A stretch of 64,000 bases of DNA, taken from Fimbriimonadia bacterium (GTDB taxonomy: Bacteria > Armatimonadota > Fimbriimonadia > Fimbriimonadales > JABRVX01). The position numbers and the translations under genes were made by a program. Numbering within the stretch: position 1 is the first letter of the stretch; each line of letters opens with the position of its first letter. The stretch spans positions 96,001-160,000 of the forward strand of contig JBGPGO010000003.1 in assembly GCA_041483895.1 (NCBI GenBank), in the 5' to 3' direction. The notes under the pieces are model-generated. The model searched no databases and was not told the origin of the DNA. It worked only from the letters and a program-made list of their open reading frames with translations. This document shows, one piece after another, positions 26,107-36,139 of this stretch.

Positions 26107-27483
26107 TTAGTTGAGCGACATTGAATTTTGAGAGTGCGCGAGGCGGCCGAAGCGGAGCTCATCGGCCTCCGCGGGGTCTAGAAAAAGCGTGAAATTGTTG
26201 AGAGCCAGGTCCTCGCCGTGCGGGACAGTCTCCACTACAATTACTGCGGGATTAGGTAACGATGGATGCTGCACTGTAGAAAAATAATGGCCGTAAATTT
26301 GCCCCGTGGCGTCCTCCTTGATCCAGACCTCCAAGGGATTTTGCAGGGTCGGCTCCACCCAGTCCATGAATCGCAGCTGGTCCTCATTGGGATCGATCTG
26401 TCGCAGCTCTTCGACGGACGCCCTCGACCCGACCTCGCTAAACGGCGTGCCGAACAGCTGCGGGAACGGCGGCAGCATCGTGTACCAGTCTTTCGCCTCT
26501 TCCCCCATGCGCCAGCCGAATGACTGGATTGGTGACGATTTGCGGTCAATGATTCGTTGCAGCGCGCCGGATGAAAAGAAGACATGATCGTCGTAGAATG
26601 CCTCATCGAGGGCTTTCATTTCGGTGGCAATCTCGGCGGCGATTTTTTCCGGTAGCCTGCGGTCGCGAGAGGCGGCAAACGCTTCGCGATCCGCATGAAA
26701 TCCTTCCTCTTCGGAACCTTGCAATAGCACGCCGAGTCCGGCCGCCCGCCCCCATTTCAGCGCACCGGAACCGACAACGTACCCCACCGCGTCCGGCAGC
26801 ATGCGCATGCCGTTCAGATTCTCCGTAATCAGCAGTGCGGCCACGAGCGTTCGTGCCGGATGGAACTGCTCCAACATCGCCCTCGCGCGCTCCAATGCGC
26901 CGGCGTATGCCAGGTTGCCGATCAGGTAGATGCAGTCTTTGCCTTCGATACCGTCCGGCTCGATGCGGCAGCCGAACCAATCCGCGAGCGCCAAAGCGGG
27001 CGCCACCGATTCCTGATCGTGCGCCAGAACGGTGGAGGGATGAAGATCGGTTTTTCCAATCGATTCGGCCAACCGCCGCAGCTGCACGGCGACATCGTTG
27101 ACTCCCAGGTCCAATATCGCGTGGTCGCGGATATAGAGCCCGTCATCTTCTTTTCCGCCCAACACAAGAGCCAGCTCATTGAACTGCAATATCTGGTTCC
27201 AGTCGCGCAGGTTCTCGACGCGCATCGGGCCGGTTGGGGGCTTGCTGAGCGTCTCAGGGTGACCGTTTTCCAGCGCTTTGAAATAGCCGGTCCAAAGCCG
27301 GCTGAGGGAGGTGGTCGCGCTCTTGCCGTCCTTGATGAATCGCCGCACTTCCTGCCGCACGTCGGTGGGCAGGTCCGAAAACGGACGGTGCTCCGCCATA
27401 GCCGCGACAACCGGCAGCCACCACTCCGGATCGGCCCGGGCCTCGAGCACCGTATCAACCAAGCATTTCAGATAGACCGACAA
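26107..27483 (-). CDS. Hypothetical protein with possible C-terminal PBECR2-like domain
   Basis: 458-aa ORF; C-terminal TLQNPLEVW...HYF...ELRFGRLAH pattern. Confidence 0.65.
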   Translation of the reverse strand: MSVYLKCLVDTVLEARADPEWWLPVVAAMAEHRPFSDLPTDVRQEVRRFIKDGKSATTSLSRLWTGYFKALENGHPETLSKPPTGPMRVENLRDWNQILQFNELALVLGGKEDDGLYIRDHAILDLGVNDVAVQLRRLAESIGKTDLHPSTVLAHDQESVAPALALADWFGCRIEPDGIEGKDCIYLIGNLAYAGALERARAMLEQFHPARTLVAALLITENLNGMRMLPDAVGYVVGSGALKWGRAAGLGVLLQGSEEEGFHADREAFAASRDRRLPEKIAAEIATEMKALDEAFYDDHVFFSSGALQRIIDRKSSPIQSFGWRMGEEAKDWYTMLPPFPQLFGTPFSEVGSRASVEELRQIDPNEDQLRFMDWVEPTLQNPLEVWIKEDATGQIYGHYFSTVQHPSLPNPAVIVVETVPHGEDLALNNFTLFLDPAEADELRFGRLAHSQNSMSLN

Positions 27484-27492
27484 ACCGTTCTC

Positions 27493-27888
27493 CTACTCGG
27501 CGACAACCGCATCCGCCTCAATCTCGACCAGCATCCTGGGGTCTATGAGGCGGGAAATCTGTACCATGGATGTGGCCGGGCGGATGGAGCCGAAAAATTC
27601 GCCGTGCGCGCGTCCGACCTCTTCCCAATCATCCATATTAATTACGTACATGCGGGTGCGGATTACGTCTTCCAGCCGCGCTCCGGCCTTTTCCAGTGCA
27701 CTCTGAATGTTCATGAGCGTCCGCCGCGTCTGCGCGTACGGATCCCCGACGCCATCAATCTCACCCGTTTCCGTCGTCGCCGTCGTGCCGGAGACGCTGA
27801 CAAACGGGCCGATCCGCACCGCCCGCGAATATCCCACAATCGGTTCCCACTTCTGCCCGGAGCTAATATTTTGCCTTGTCCAATTCAT
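27493..27888 (-). CDS. RidA/YjgF/YER057c family protein
   Basis: [14 protein letters not shown]...VSGTT...RPATSMV...LVEIEADA. Confidence 0.92.
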   Translation of the reverse strand: MNWTRQNISSGQKWEPIVGYSRAVRIGPFVSVSGTTATTETGEIDGVGDPYAQTRRTLMNIQSALEKAGARLEDVIRTRMYVINMDDWEEVGRAHGEFFGSIRPATSMVQISRLIDPRMLVEIEADAVVAE

Positions 27889-27953
27889 ACCGCATTGTAT
27901 CTCCCTCCATGGTCCAGATGGGACAGCGCTCCCATCGGGTATGCTTGTAAGCG

Positions 27954-28547
27954 ATGGAACATATCTTGCTGGAGAACGGGTGCATGCCTGCAAAGCGGCA
28001 GCTTATCCGTAAGGCAATTCTGTTCGCTGCTCTCATGGCATTGCTTGGTGCGTGCGCGAAGCCTCACGATCCGGCGCTCAAAGGATGGTATGAATTCCGG
28101 CCGGCGGGCAAAGGGTTCACCGTCATGGTGCCCAACAAACCGACAACGCTTAGTTTAAGCAAGAGTTCGGCCCGGATTCAGTTTTGCGATTGGCACACTA
28201 GCACTTTGGCAAACATATACGAAGTCGTTGAATGGACGTCCGATCCGAGCGATACATCTCCAGATACGGACAGAGAGGTGCACCGAATATCAAGCGACCA
28301 CATCACCGAATACTTAACCGCTGTACGCATCGATTCCTATTCAGAAGTGAAACGGGAGGCCTTACCCTGCGGAGCCGGCTGGGGGCTGATTGTCGTACTG
28401 CGTCAAAAGAACAGGGTTACCCTGTACACGCTGACCGTGAAGCAAAAGGACCGCACCGTTTTTCTCTGTGCATCAACGATCGATGACGGGACGAACGGGC
28501 TCGCGATTTTGGCCTCATTCCATAGATTTGAGATGGACCCGCGGTAG
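27954..28547 (+). CDS. Putative lipoprotein
   Basis: Lipobox [19 protein letters not shown]; start is 27954 or 27984. Confidence 0.6.
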   Translation: MEHILLENGCMPAKRQLIRKAILFAALMALLGACAKPHDPALKGWYEFRPAGKGFTVMVPNKPTTLSLSKSSARIQFCDWHTSTLANIYEVVEWTSDPSDTSPDTDREVHRISSDHITEYLTAVRIDSYSEVKREALPCGAGWGLIVVLRQKNRVTLYTLTVKQKDRTVFLCASTIDDGTNGLAILASFHRFEMDPR

Positions 28548-28612
28548 CCTGCCGCGACCGCTCCGGCTGGCTCTGTCGAAGCCGGGTCTGGCATCGGGTA
28601 CGCTTGCGAATA

Positions 28613-29533
28613 GTGAAACATATCGTCTCCATCAGCCTCGGCTCCAGCAAGCGCGACAAGATCGCCAACGCGACCCTGTTCGGCGAGGAGTTCCTGATCG
28701 AGCGTCGCGGCACCGACGGGGACCTCGCGAAGTTCGGCCAACTGTTCGGCGAGCTGGACGGCAAGGTGGATGCCCTGGGGGTTGGAGGCGCGGATATGTA
28801 CCTTTGGGTGCGAGACCGAAGATACACCTTCCGCCAGATCGCCTGGTTGGTTGCCACCGCCAAGAAGACTCCGGTTGTGGACGGCAGCGGCCTCAAAAAC
28901 ACCCTGGAGCGCCGCACGGTCCAGTACATCCAAGAGCACAACATTCTGCCGCTGAAAGAGATGAAGGCGTTCCTGGTGATGGCGGTGGACCGATTCGGGA
29001 TGGCGCAGGCGCTGGAAAAGGCATGCAAAGAGGTGATCTTCGGCGACCTGATTTTCGGACTCGGCTTGCCCATCCCATTGAAAAGCTACTCCGGCGTGGC
29101 GTTCTTCGGCAAGCTCACGCTGCCCATCGTCACGCGGCTGCCTTTCAAATGGTTCTATCCCACAGGAGAAAAGCAGGAAACGCACAGCCCAAAAGGGGAG
29201 AAGTATTTCCGCTGGGCAGACCTCGTCGCCGGCGATTGGCACTACATCAAGCGTCACATGCCCTACGACATGATGGGCAAATCCATCCTGACCAACACCC
29301 TGCGAAAAGCCGATTACGAGATGTTGGAAAAGGCGGGAATCAAGACGGTGATCACGACCACGCCCGAGGTGGACGGCGAGACCTTCGGCACGAACGTGAT
29401 GGAAGGCGTGCTCGTCGCCATGCTCGGCAAGCGGCCCGAGGAATTGACCGAACAGGACTACGTCAGCGCCTTGGAACGACTGCACTGGAAGCCGAATATC
29501 GTCGAGTTCGGCAAGGTGGGCGTCAAAGTATGA
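28613..29533 (+). CDS. Conserved protein of the family usually labelled 'quinate 5-dehydrogenase'-like (function unproven)
   Basis: VSISLGSSKRD, ERRGTDGD, LDGKVDALGVGG, PVVDGSGLK, FGTNVMEG. Confidence 0.75.
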   Translation: MKHIVSISLGSSKRDKIANATLFGEEFLIERRGTDGDLAKFGQLFGELDGKVDALGVGGADMYLWVRDRRYTFRQIAWLVATAKKTPVVDGSGLKNTLERRTVQYIQEHNILPLKEMKAFLVMAVDRFGMAQALEKACKEVIFGDLIFGLGLPIPLKSYSGVAFFGKLTLPIVTRLPFKWFYPTGEKQETHSPKGEKYFRWADLVAGDWHYIKRHMPYDMMGKSILTNTLRKADYEMLEKAGIKTVITTTPEVDGETFGTNVMEGVLVAMLGKRPEELTEQDYVSALERLHWKPNIVEFGKVGVKV

Positions 29534-30633
29534 ATTTCGGCTTCGTTCTGCACCCGATGGATGCCCGGCGCGATGCCGCCCGCCGCTACCCGATTGCCAA
29601 ATACCTTCCCGGCGCCATCGTCGAGCAGTTGTTGGCGCGCAAGGGATCGATTTTCGTTTCCGACATCACCGGCGTTCGGTCCGATACCGGTGCGACGACG
29701 GAAGGCTGCTTCGTCGGTTGCCCACTAACTCCGCGGATGATGAAGCGGATGCCGCTGGAGGAATGCTACAAACGCATCGTCGCCACCGTGGAAATGGCCG
29801 CGGAGCACGGCGCGAAGGTGGTTGGGCTTGGGGCCTTCACGGCGGTGATCGGCGATGGGGGAATTACCGTTGCGGAGCGCTCATCCGTCGCGGTCACAAC
29901 CGGCAACTCCTATACGGTCGCCACCGCCATCGAAGGGGCGTTGGAGGCGGCACGGGTGATGGCAATTCGGCCTTGCGAGGCCAAGCTTGCCGTGGTCGGC
30001 GCGACCGGTTCCATCGGAAAGACCTGCGCGCAGATCATGGTGCCGCAATTCGCGGAGACGGTGCTGATTGGAAGAGACCGCGCCCGGACGGAAGCGGTCA
30101 TCGAATCGTTCCATTTCGGCCCAGATATTCGCATCGCTGCGACCACCGACGTGGCGGAAGGCCTGCGGGATGCCGACGTGATCATCACGGTCACCAGTGC
30201 GGCGGAGGCGATCATCCATCCCCATCATCTCAAAACCGGCGCGGTCGTCTGTGATGTGGCCCGGCCGCGGGACGTTTCGCGGCGCGTGGCCGATAAGCGC
30301 AACGACGTGCTTGTCGTTGAGGGGGGCGTGGTGTCGGTCCCTGGCGACGTGGAGTTCGGATTTGATTTTGGCTTCCCTCCGAGGACCGCCTACGCCTGCA
30401 TGTGCGAAACGATGATTTTGGCGTTGGAGGAGCGAGCGGAGAGCTTCACGGTCGGGAAAGATGTGTCGGTGGAGCAGGTACGGGAGATGAGCGCGCTTGC
30501 CCAAAAACACGGCTTCCGACTCGCGGGCTTCCGCAGCTTCGAACGGGCCATATCCAATGCGGAGATCGAGCGGATCGCCCGAAACGCGGGCCGTTTCAAA
30601 GGCGGATATGGTGTCGAGCCCGCTCGATCGTAG
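29530..30633 (+). CDS. Fatty-acyl-ACP-reductase-like / shikimate-dehydrogenase-like NAD(P)-binding protein
   Basis: FGFVLHP, VGLGAFT, TTGNSYT, VVGATGSIG, CDVARPRDV, YACMCET; ATG overlaps the upstream stop. Confidence 0.8.
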   Translation: MNFGFVLHPMDARRDAARRYPIAKYLPGAIVEQLLARKGSIFVSDITGVRSDTGATTEGCFVGCPLTPRMMKRMPLEECYKRIVATVEMAAEHGAKVVGLGAFTAVIGDGGITVAERSSVAVTTGNSYTVATAIEGALEAARVMAIRPCEAKLAVVGATGSIGKTCAQIMVPQFAETVLIGRDRARTEAVIESFHFGPDIRIAATTDVAEGLRDADVIITVTSAAEAIIHPHHLKTGAVVCDVARPRDVSRRVADKRNDVLVVEGGVVSVPGDVEFGFDFGFPPRTAYACMCETMILALEERAESFTVGKDVSVEQVREMSALAQKHGFRLAGFRSFERAISNAEIERIARNAGRFKGGYGVEPARS

Positions 30634-31870
30634 ATTTCTCAATCGCCTATTTCTCATCGTTGGCATCGCGCTTGTTCTTCGGCTTGCCAATCTCGTCCAT
30701 CTGACAGAACCGTTCAGCGATGAACCGGCGTACATCAACATCGCCCATACGCTTTTGCGCGGCGAGGGCTTCCATGAGGGCCCGATCTATGCGTATCGCT
30801 ACCCCGGATACGTCTGGTTTCTCGCCGGAGGATTTTGGACGTTTGGCGGCAGGGAAGGGGTGGTCGCGGCACAGTCGGTTCTCGGCGCGGCGACGGTTCT
30901 ATTGTTTGGGATCATCGTTCGGCGCAAGCTTGGCGATGTCGCCGCCCTGTTTGCCTCGACAGCCCTCGCCATCTACGTCCCTTTCGTCCGTCTTCCGGCC
31001 CGCATGTACACGGAGAACCTGTTTTTCTTCTTGCTGCTGGTGGTCTGGTGGCTGCTGGAGCGGCCGGGCAATAAACTCACTTGGCAGAATGCGGTCGTCG
31101 CGGGTCTCCTTGCCGGATACGCTGTGTTGACCCGCGAGGTGTTCCTCCTCATGATGGCGATCTACGTCATTTCTCGCCTGGTGGCCGCGCCAAAGGAATG
31201 GAAGCCGATCGCCGTCTTTGTTCTGTGCGCTATCGCCGTCGTCGCGCCGTGGACCGTGCGAAATTATCAACTGTTCGGTCGCTTCGAGCCGGTCACTACG
31301 AACCTCTGGGCGAACATTTACATGGGGAACAACGAAAAGGCGGACGGCAGATACCCGGTCCTTGCCTCGCACGAGCCTCCCTATCTGTGGCGCCTTCCAC
31401 ATGGACAGATTGCCTCGTCGCCATACTTCGAGATTGCCGTCCAGGATGTTCAGAAGCGGGAAGTGGCTCGCTATTGGAGGGGGCACACTGCCGAGGCCCT
31501 GATGCTGTCGCTCAAGAAGGCGGCCCTCTCTTGGTACCCGCCGATCTTCTTGGACGTCACCCTCCATTCGCCCCTCGACCAGTTCGCCACCGGTGTGTGG
31601 GCGGCGATGTACATTGTTCTCTTCGTCCTCAGCGCTTACGGCTTTTTGCGCGGCGCGCCGCCGCTTCGCGACAACATCTTGGCCTACACGCTGCTGGTCG
31701 TCCCGATGGTCGCGATGGTCATCACCTATGTCATCGCCCGATACCGTTTCCCCGCGGAACTGGCCCTCATCTACTTCGCTTCGAACGGCTATATTGCGCT
31801 GCTGACTCGGCAGGGACCTGGCGACGTCCTGACCGGGGCTGGCCAATTCTCGACCCCGAAGCCCACGTAG
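30608..31870 (+). CDS. GT-C (ArnT/PMT, family 39-like) glycosyltransferase
   Basis: SDEPAY, YRYPGY, TENLF, PWTVRNY, NIYMGNN, ARYRFP; many TMs. Confidence 0.85.
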   Translation: MVSSPLDRRFLNRLFLIVGIALVLRLANLVHLTEPFSDEPAYINIAHTLLRGEGFHEGPIYAYRYPGYVWFLAGGFWTFGGREGVVAAQSVLGAATVLLFGIIVRRKLGDVAALFASTALAIYVPFVRLPARMYTENLFFFLLLVVWWLLERPGNKLTWQNAVVAGLLAGYAVLTREVFLLMMAIYVISRLVAAPKEWKPIAVFVLCAIAVVAPWTVRNYQLFGRFEPVTTNLWANIYMGNNEKADGRYPVLASHEPPYLWRLPHGQIASSPYFEIAVQDVQKREVARYWRGHTAEALMLSLKKAALSWYPPIFLDVTLHSPLDQFATGVWAAMYIVLFVLSAYGFLRGAPPLRDNILAYTLLVVPMVAMVITYVIARYRFPAELALIYFASNGYIALLTRQGPGDVLTGAGQFSTPKPT

Positions 31871-31888
31871 CTCGTACTGGCGGGCAAC

Positions 31889-31928
31889 GGAACCTAGCCG
31901 ACCCAGACTGCGTAATCCGTGTTATAAT
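31889..31928 (+). promoter_or_regulatory. Candidate ECF (GGAACC-N16-CGTA) plus extended -10 promoters
   Basis: ggaacc-16 nt-cgtaat, followed by tg-t-tataat, upstream of an ECF sigma gene. Confidence 0.45.
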
Positions 31929-31967
31929 CAGGAATTCGACGCGGTGGGGCAAAATACCCAATTTGGG

Positions 31968-32576
31968 GTGAACGAAACGGTCCTCGCAGAACGTCGAACC
32001 AGTGTGATAGCTATGCAGGCACAACCTCAAGCAATAGCGCAAGCAGCCCTCCGGCTGGAAGATGCCGACCTGGTCCGCCGATGTAAGACCGGAGAGGAAG
32101 CGGCGTATCGCCAAATCCTTGACCGGTATCGCGCACGGCTGATCCGAATTGCCACAAATCTGCTCCATGACCGCATGGAAGCGGAAGACGTGGCCCAGGA
32201 AGCATTTCTGCGAGCGTTCCGCGAACTGGGCAGATTGCGGGACGATTGCGCATTCGGCGGCTTTATCTATCGCATTTGTGTCCGCCTTTGCGTCGATCGG
32301 TTGCGCCTCAAAAGGGCCGAAACAATCCCATTTGACATCGCGGTGGACATCAGTCGCGGCTCTATCGAGACGCGAATGGTGGTTGGGCAGCTTTTGGAGC
32401 GGCTGCCACCGGATCTCAAAGCTGCTCTGGTGCTGCGAGAGCTGGAGGGATTGAGCTATGAGGAAGTTGCGGAGGCAATGGGTGTGCCTATCGGTACTGT
32501 CCGTTCGCGATTACACGCCGCCCGGGAGAAGTTCCGGAAGATGTGGATATCGCAAGTAATGGAGAATCCAAAATGA
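31968..32576 (+). CDS. ECF RNA polymerase sigma factor
   Basis: EAEDVAQEAFLRAF, LSYEEVAEAMGVPIGTVRSRLHAAR; start is 31968 (GTG) or 32013 (ATG). Confidence 0.92.
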   Translation: MNETVLAERRTSVIAMQAQPQAIAQAALRLEDADLVRRCKTGEEAAYRQILDRYRARLIRIATNLLHDRMEAEDVAQEAFLRAFRELGRLRDDCAFGGFIYRICVRLCVDRLRLKRAETIPFDIAVDISRGSIETRMVVGQLLERLPPDLKAALVLRELEGLSYEEVAEAMGVPIGTVRSRLHAAREKFRKMWISQVMENPK

Positions 32577-33079
32577 TACTAAATTTCCGATGTGCCCGGA
32601 TTCGGCGGAATCTTAGCCTTTATCATGATAATCATTTACCCGCCGACCGAATCCAGCAAGTCGAAAAACATCTCTTAGCCTGTGAAAGTTGTCGAGTGAG
32701 CTTAGACCTGAATCGAGTGCTTTCTCGTGAAATGGCAATGGGAGGACTGATTGAGGATGCGTCGCCTAGTTTCAATGACCGGGTGATGGCTGCTTTGCGT
32801 CACGGCAACCAAGTGCGCCGAGTCTGGTCGCAGTGGCGAGAGTTCGCCATCGGTACGGTTGTTGCGGCAGCGGTCATGGGCTTCGCGCTGAACTATGCAG
32901 CGTCGGAGCCGCGAATCAATCGTCCAGGCGTCGATCCGGCAAGCGCCGTGAAGGTCTCACCGAAAAGCCTGACGAAACCATTCGATCATGATCCGAACAA
33001 CGGATTATGGAAGTTGCAAGAGGATCAGCCACGGCGGCCCAACTTCGATCTCGGTCTGGACGACGGCGCTTCGGGATAG
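32573..33079 (+). CDS. Zinc-binding anti-sigma factor (zf-HC2)
   Basis: C...HLLACESC plus a TM; ATGA overlap with the sigma stop. Confidence 0.85.
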   Translation: MILNFRCARIRRNLSLYHDNHLPADRIQQVEKHLLACESCRVSLDLNRVLSREMAMGGLIEDASPSFNDRVMAALRHGNQVRRVWSQWREFAIGTVVAAAVMGFALNYAASEPRINRPGVDPASAVKVSPKSLTKPFDHDPNNGLWKLQEDQPRRPNFDLGLDDGASG

Positions 33080-33097
33080 ACCGTCCCATTGGCCGCG

Positions 33098-34975
33098 ATG
33101 ACTGCAGGTCAAGCGCGTAGGCTTTGGGCCGGCGTGTTGGCGGGATGTTGCGTTGCGGTTCTCGCCATCCCGGAAGCTCGTTGGCACCTGACCGACGGTG
33201 TCTGCTTCGCGTTCAACACCCTGCCATCCTGGCAGCGGGCGATTGCTTTGCCCCCGCGTTCTCGTATCCCAACTGAGCTTCCTGCATCAATACCGGATAA
33301 TTTCGAACTCCAGTTGGGCGCCATCACCCTGGACAAAGGTACCGCCCAGATCGCGACAAGGAGCGATTCTCAAATCCGCGAGAGAATCGCCGATCTCGTT
33401 GAACTTGGACAGCAGCACGGCAAGAGGCCCGAACTCTATGCTCATATTGGTCGCTTCTACGCGGCGATAGTCACCCTGCCTGTGCCTGGCGCCAAACTAA
33501 CGGCTCTGGAGGAGAAAGATTGGCGGGACCTCCTCTTCTACATGCAGAAGGGCGCGGACAATGATCAACACAACGCCTTTTTCCCCCAAATGGCAGCGGC
33601 CTGCCACTTGGCGCTCGGCGAAAGCAAACAGGCGGTAAACGAATGGGAACGAGCCTCATTTCATACCACTTGGCAGGACTATGCATACACGGAGGTATTC
33701 GCCCGCTGGAAGCTGCTCGAGACCGTGTATGGCCCGCACGGTCCCCGCCAACGTTTCCCATCGATCGCTCTCCTACGCCTTCCGCACCTCGCGCTTTTGG
33801 AGCAGACTGCCGCCCGAATCTCGGACATGCCCTCGCCGACCGGCGAGCACGCGGCAGCCTGGCACCTGGAACGGCTTCTGGCCACCGCGCGCAACGGCGC
33901 TCTGATTCGTGGAGGGGCGTGCCAGGTCGTTTCGGGGTTGCGTGGGGTGAGCATCGTCGAGCGGGCGATTCAAGGCGGCGATATCAACCTCAATGAATTA
34001 ACGCCGAAAGGGTTGGAAGAGGGAAGAGCGGCGTTTCGCCTGAGGGTCCTGGAGAAGATGGGAAAGCGATCGGCTGCATTCACTACCTTGCAAGGCGAAA
34101 AGAACGACGGGTATCAGGGCACAATTCCAGCAAACAGTGCCATCGAGTTCACCGGTTGGAACACGGTCTCCGGCCGGCCAGGGGTCTGGACGGGTTGGCT
34201 GTTCCGTTGCCTCGCTCTCGGTTCCATCGTTGACGGAAGCATGGGATTGGCGGTCCGGTTGCTGATCGTCTGCTTCGCATCGTTGGCGTTGCTCAAACTT
34301 TGCAATATGCTCCGTACGTACATCCCGGAGAGACTTCGCTCCGTACTTGCCCTCACCTTGGCGCTTAGCGTCGGACTTCTCATATTCATTGCGACCGACA
34401 TTTGGTATGTCGGGATGTGGTACTCCCTGCTCATCGGCGGGCTGGGCTATGCGGCGTCCGCTTCTGATTTCCGAACGAAACCTCCCTCCGGTGGGACGGA
34501 CTACATCACTTGGACGTTTGGCCACGGCGTTGCCACCGGCCTCTTGCTTGTGATCCTGTTTCTCCTCACGGCCTATTCGTTCATTTTCCGTTATGCCGAC
34601 TTCGCAAACGTGCATCGCTACTTGACCGGCATCCCCTCCCCTTTGACCCAGCTTCCCGACAAGCAGTGGATTGGCCTCGCCTGGTTCGGGGTTTCCCTGC
34701 CGCTCGCTACCGCAATCAGTTGGGCGGCATTTGCCCGAACGCCCCTTCTGGCCGCCGTTGCCGAAGGGCTGGCAAAGTTCTCCCTCCGCGCGGCGCTTGT
34801 CACGACGACGGTCTTTCTGCTGGCTCTTCCGGTAGGCGTCTACTTCGACCGAAAGGACGTTGAACGGCTGAATTTGATCGCGCAGAATGAGCCAAACTAC
34901 TACCGCAAAAGCGAAGGCGTGCTGACGGCGGGGTACTATGAGGGTGACCCGTGGAATCATATTGGGGGCGGGTAA
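33098..34975 (+). CDS. Hypothetical membrane protein (helical soluble domain + multi-TM C-terminus)
   Basis: N-terminal TM, D.HNAFF TPR-like helices, ~6 C-terminal TMs. Confidence 0.65.
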   Translation: MTAGQARRLWAGVLAGCCVAVLAIPEARWHLTDGVCFAFNTLPSWQRAIALPPRSRIPTELPASIPDNFELQLGAITLDKGTAQIATRSDSQIRERIADLVELGQQHGKRPELYAHIGRFYAAIVTLPVPGAKLTALEEKDWRDLLFYMQKGADNDQHNAFFPQMAAACHLALGESKQAVNEWERASFHTTWQDYAYTEVFARWKLLETVYGPHGPRQRFPSIALLRLPHLALLEQTAARISDMPSPTGEHAAAWHLERLLATARNGALIRGGACQVVSGLRGVSIVERAIQGGDINLNELTPKGLEEGRAAFRLRVLEKMGKRSAAFTTLQGEKNDGYQGTIPANSAIEFTGWNTVSGRPGVWTGWLFRCLALGSIVDGSMGLAVRLLIVCFASLALLKLCNMLRTYIPERLRSVLALTLALSVGLLIFIATDIWYVGMWYSLLIGGLGYAASASDFRTKPPSGGTDYITWTFGHGVATGLLLVILFLLTAYSFIFRYADFANVHRYLTGIPSPLTQLPDKQWIGLAWFGVSLPLATAISWAAFARTPLLAAVAEGLAKFSLRAALVTTTVFLLALPVGVYFDRKDVERLNLIAQNEPNYYRKSEGVLTAGYYEGDPWNHIGGG

Positions 34976-34985
34976 AGGGGCTCCA

Positions 34986-35435
34986 TTGAAGGTTGTAATT
35001 ATAGGGTGTGGGCGAACGGGATCGACGCTCGCCGGAATGCTTGCCGATGAAGGCCACGATGTTGCTATCATCGATGAAAGCCGATACGCCTTTCAGCGAC
35101 TTGGCAAGGACACCAAGTGCAAGACATTCACCGGCCACGCGCTGGACGAGGACGTTCTGTTGAAAGCCGGCGTTGACAAGGCTGATGCGTTTGTCGCCTG
35201 CACACAGGGCGACAATACGAACATCATGGCGATGCAGGTGGTTCGCGAGAACTGGGATGTCCCCCGAATCGGCGGAAAAATCAATGATCCGATTCGAAGC
35301 CAAGAATATTACAAGATGGGCTACTTCACAATCACCGAATGCAAGCTCTTGGCCGGCGCGTTCAACGATTGGATTCACGACCAGCGGTTGCGGGCGATTA
35401 CCGAGTATCTCCGCGAGGTGCCGACTCCAAAATGA
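34986..35435 (+). CDS. trkA: TrkA-N (KTN/RCK) potassium uptake regulatory protein
   Basis: VVIIGCGRTG Rossmann motif, ACTQGDNTNI; TTG at 34986. Confidence 0.88.
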   Translation: MKVVIIGCGRTGSTLAGMLADEGHDVAIIDESRYAFQRLGKDTKCKTFTGHALDEDVLLKAGVDKADAFVACTQGDNTNIMAMQVVRENWDVPRIGGKINDPIRSQEYYKMGYFTITECKLLAGAFNDWIHDQRLRAITEYLREVPTPK

Positions 35436-35448
35436 TGGGTGAAGCGCA

Positions 35449-36129
35449 ATGTACGTAGTGCTGGTCGGCGGCGGCGCGGTCGGGGAGCAGGTGTTGAGAA
35501 AGCTCCTCCATGAGGGCCACGAGGTCCTGCTGATCGAAAAGAAACGGGAACGGGCCCAGCGGCTTGCGGATCGATACGGGAAGGGCGTGATGGCCGGCGA
35601 TGGGTGCGAAATGCGCGTGATGGCCGAGGCAGGTGTAAACCGGGCTGACGTTGTGGCGGCGATAACGGGCGACGATGAAGACAATCTGGTCGTTTGCCAG
35701 ATGGCGAAGCGGCGGTTCAATGTCAAGCGAACGATCGCCCGCGTGAGCGATCCGCGTCATGAAAAACTGTTCAAAAGTCTTGGCGTCGATGGCACGATCA
35801 GCAGCACGTCGATTATCTTCAACCTGATCGAACAAGAGATCGAAACGGGAGAGGTCCTGCCGATTGGCGCGATGCAGCAGGGCAACTTGGAAGTGGCTGA
35901 AGCGGTTTTGACCGCCCGCTCTCCGGCCTGTGGCAAGGCGGTCGGCGAATTGGAATTCCCGGATGGGACGATCATCGTGGCCGTGGTGAGGAACAGCCAG
36001 CACATGGTGGCGACGCCCGACATCATGCTGCAGTCGGGAGATATCGTTGTCGTGCTCGGCCCGTCATTCACAAGCGGCAATCTGCTCTCGCATGTTGGCG
36101 ATCCCCTCGGCGTCGCCCATCACAGTTAG
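35449..36129 (+). CDS. trkA: TrkA family protein (RCK-N + RCK-C)
   Basis: VLVGGGAVG, ITGDDEDNLVVCQ, C-terminal TrkA-C. Confidence 0.9.
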   Translation: MYVVLVGGGAVGEQVLRKLLHEGHEVLLIEKKRERAQRLADRYGKGVMAGDGCEMRVMAEAGVNRADVVAAITGDDEDNLVVCQMAKRRFNVKRTIARVSDPRHEKLFKSLGVDGTISSTSIIFNLIEQEIETGEVLPIGAMQQGNLEVAEAVLTARSPACGKAVGELEFPDGTIIVAVVRNSQHMVATPDIMLQSGDIVVVLGPSFTSGNLLSHVGDPLGVAHHS

Positions 36130-36139
36130 GAGACGTATT

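Noticed and set aside
26075..26110. Sigma28 promoter for the flagellin-like gene
   Set aside because: TAAAGTTA is present, but there is no GCCGATAA-like -10 at the right spacing
28468..29529. 721-aa ORF as a single fusion protein
   Set aside because: The N-terminal half is an off-frame shadow of 28613-29533; the real start is ATG 29530
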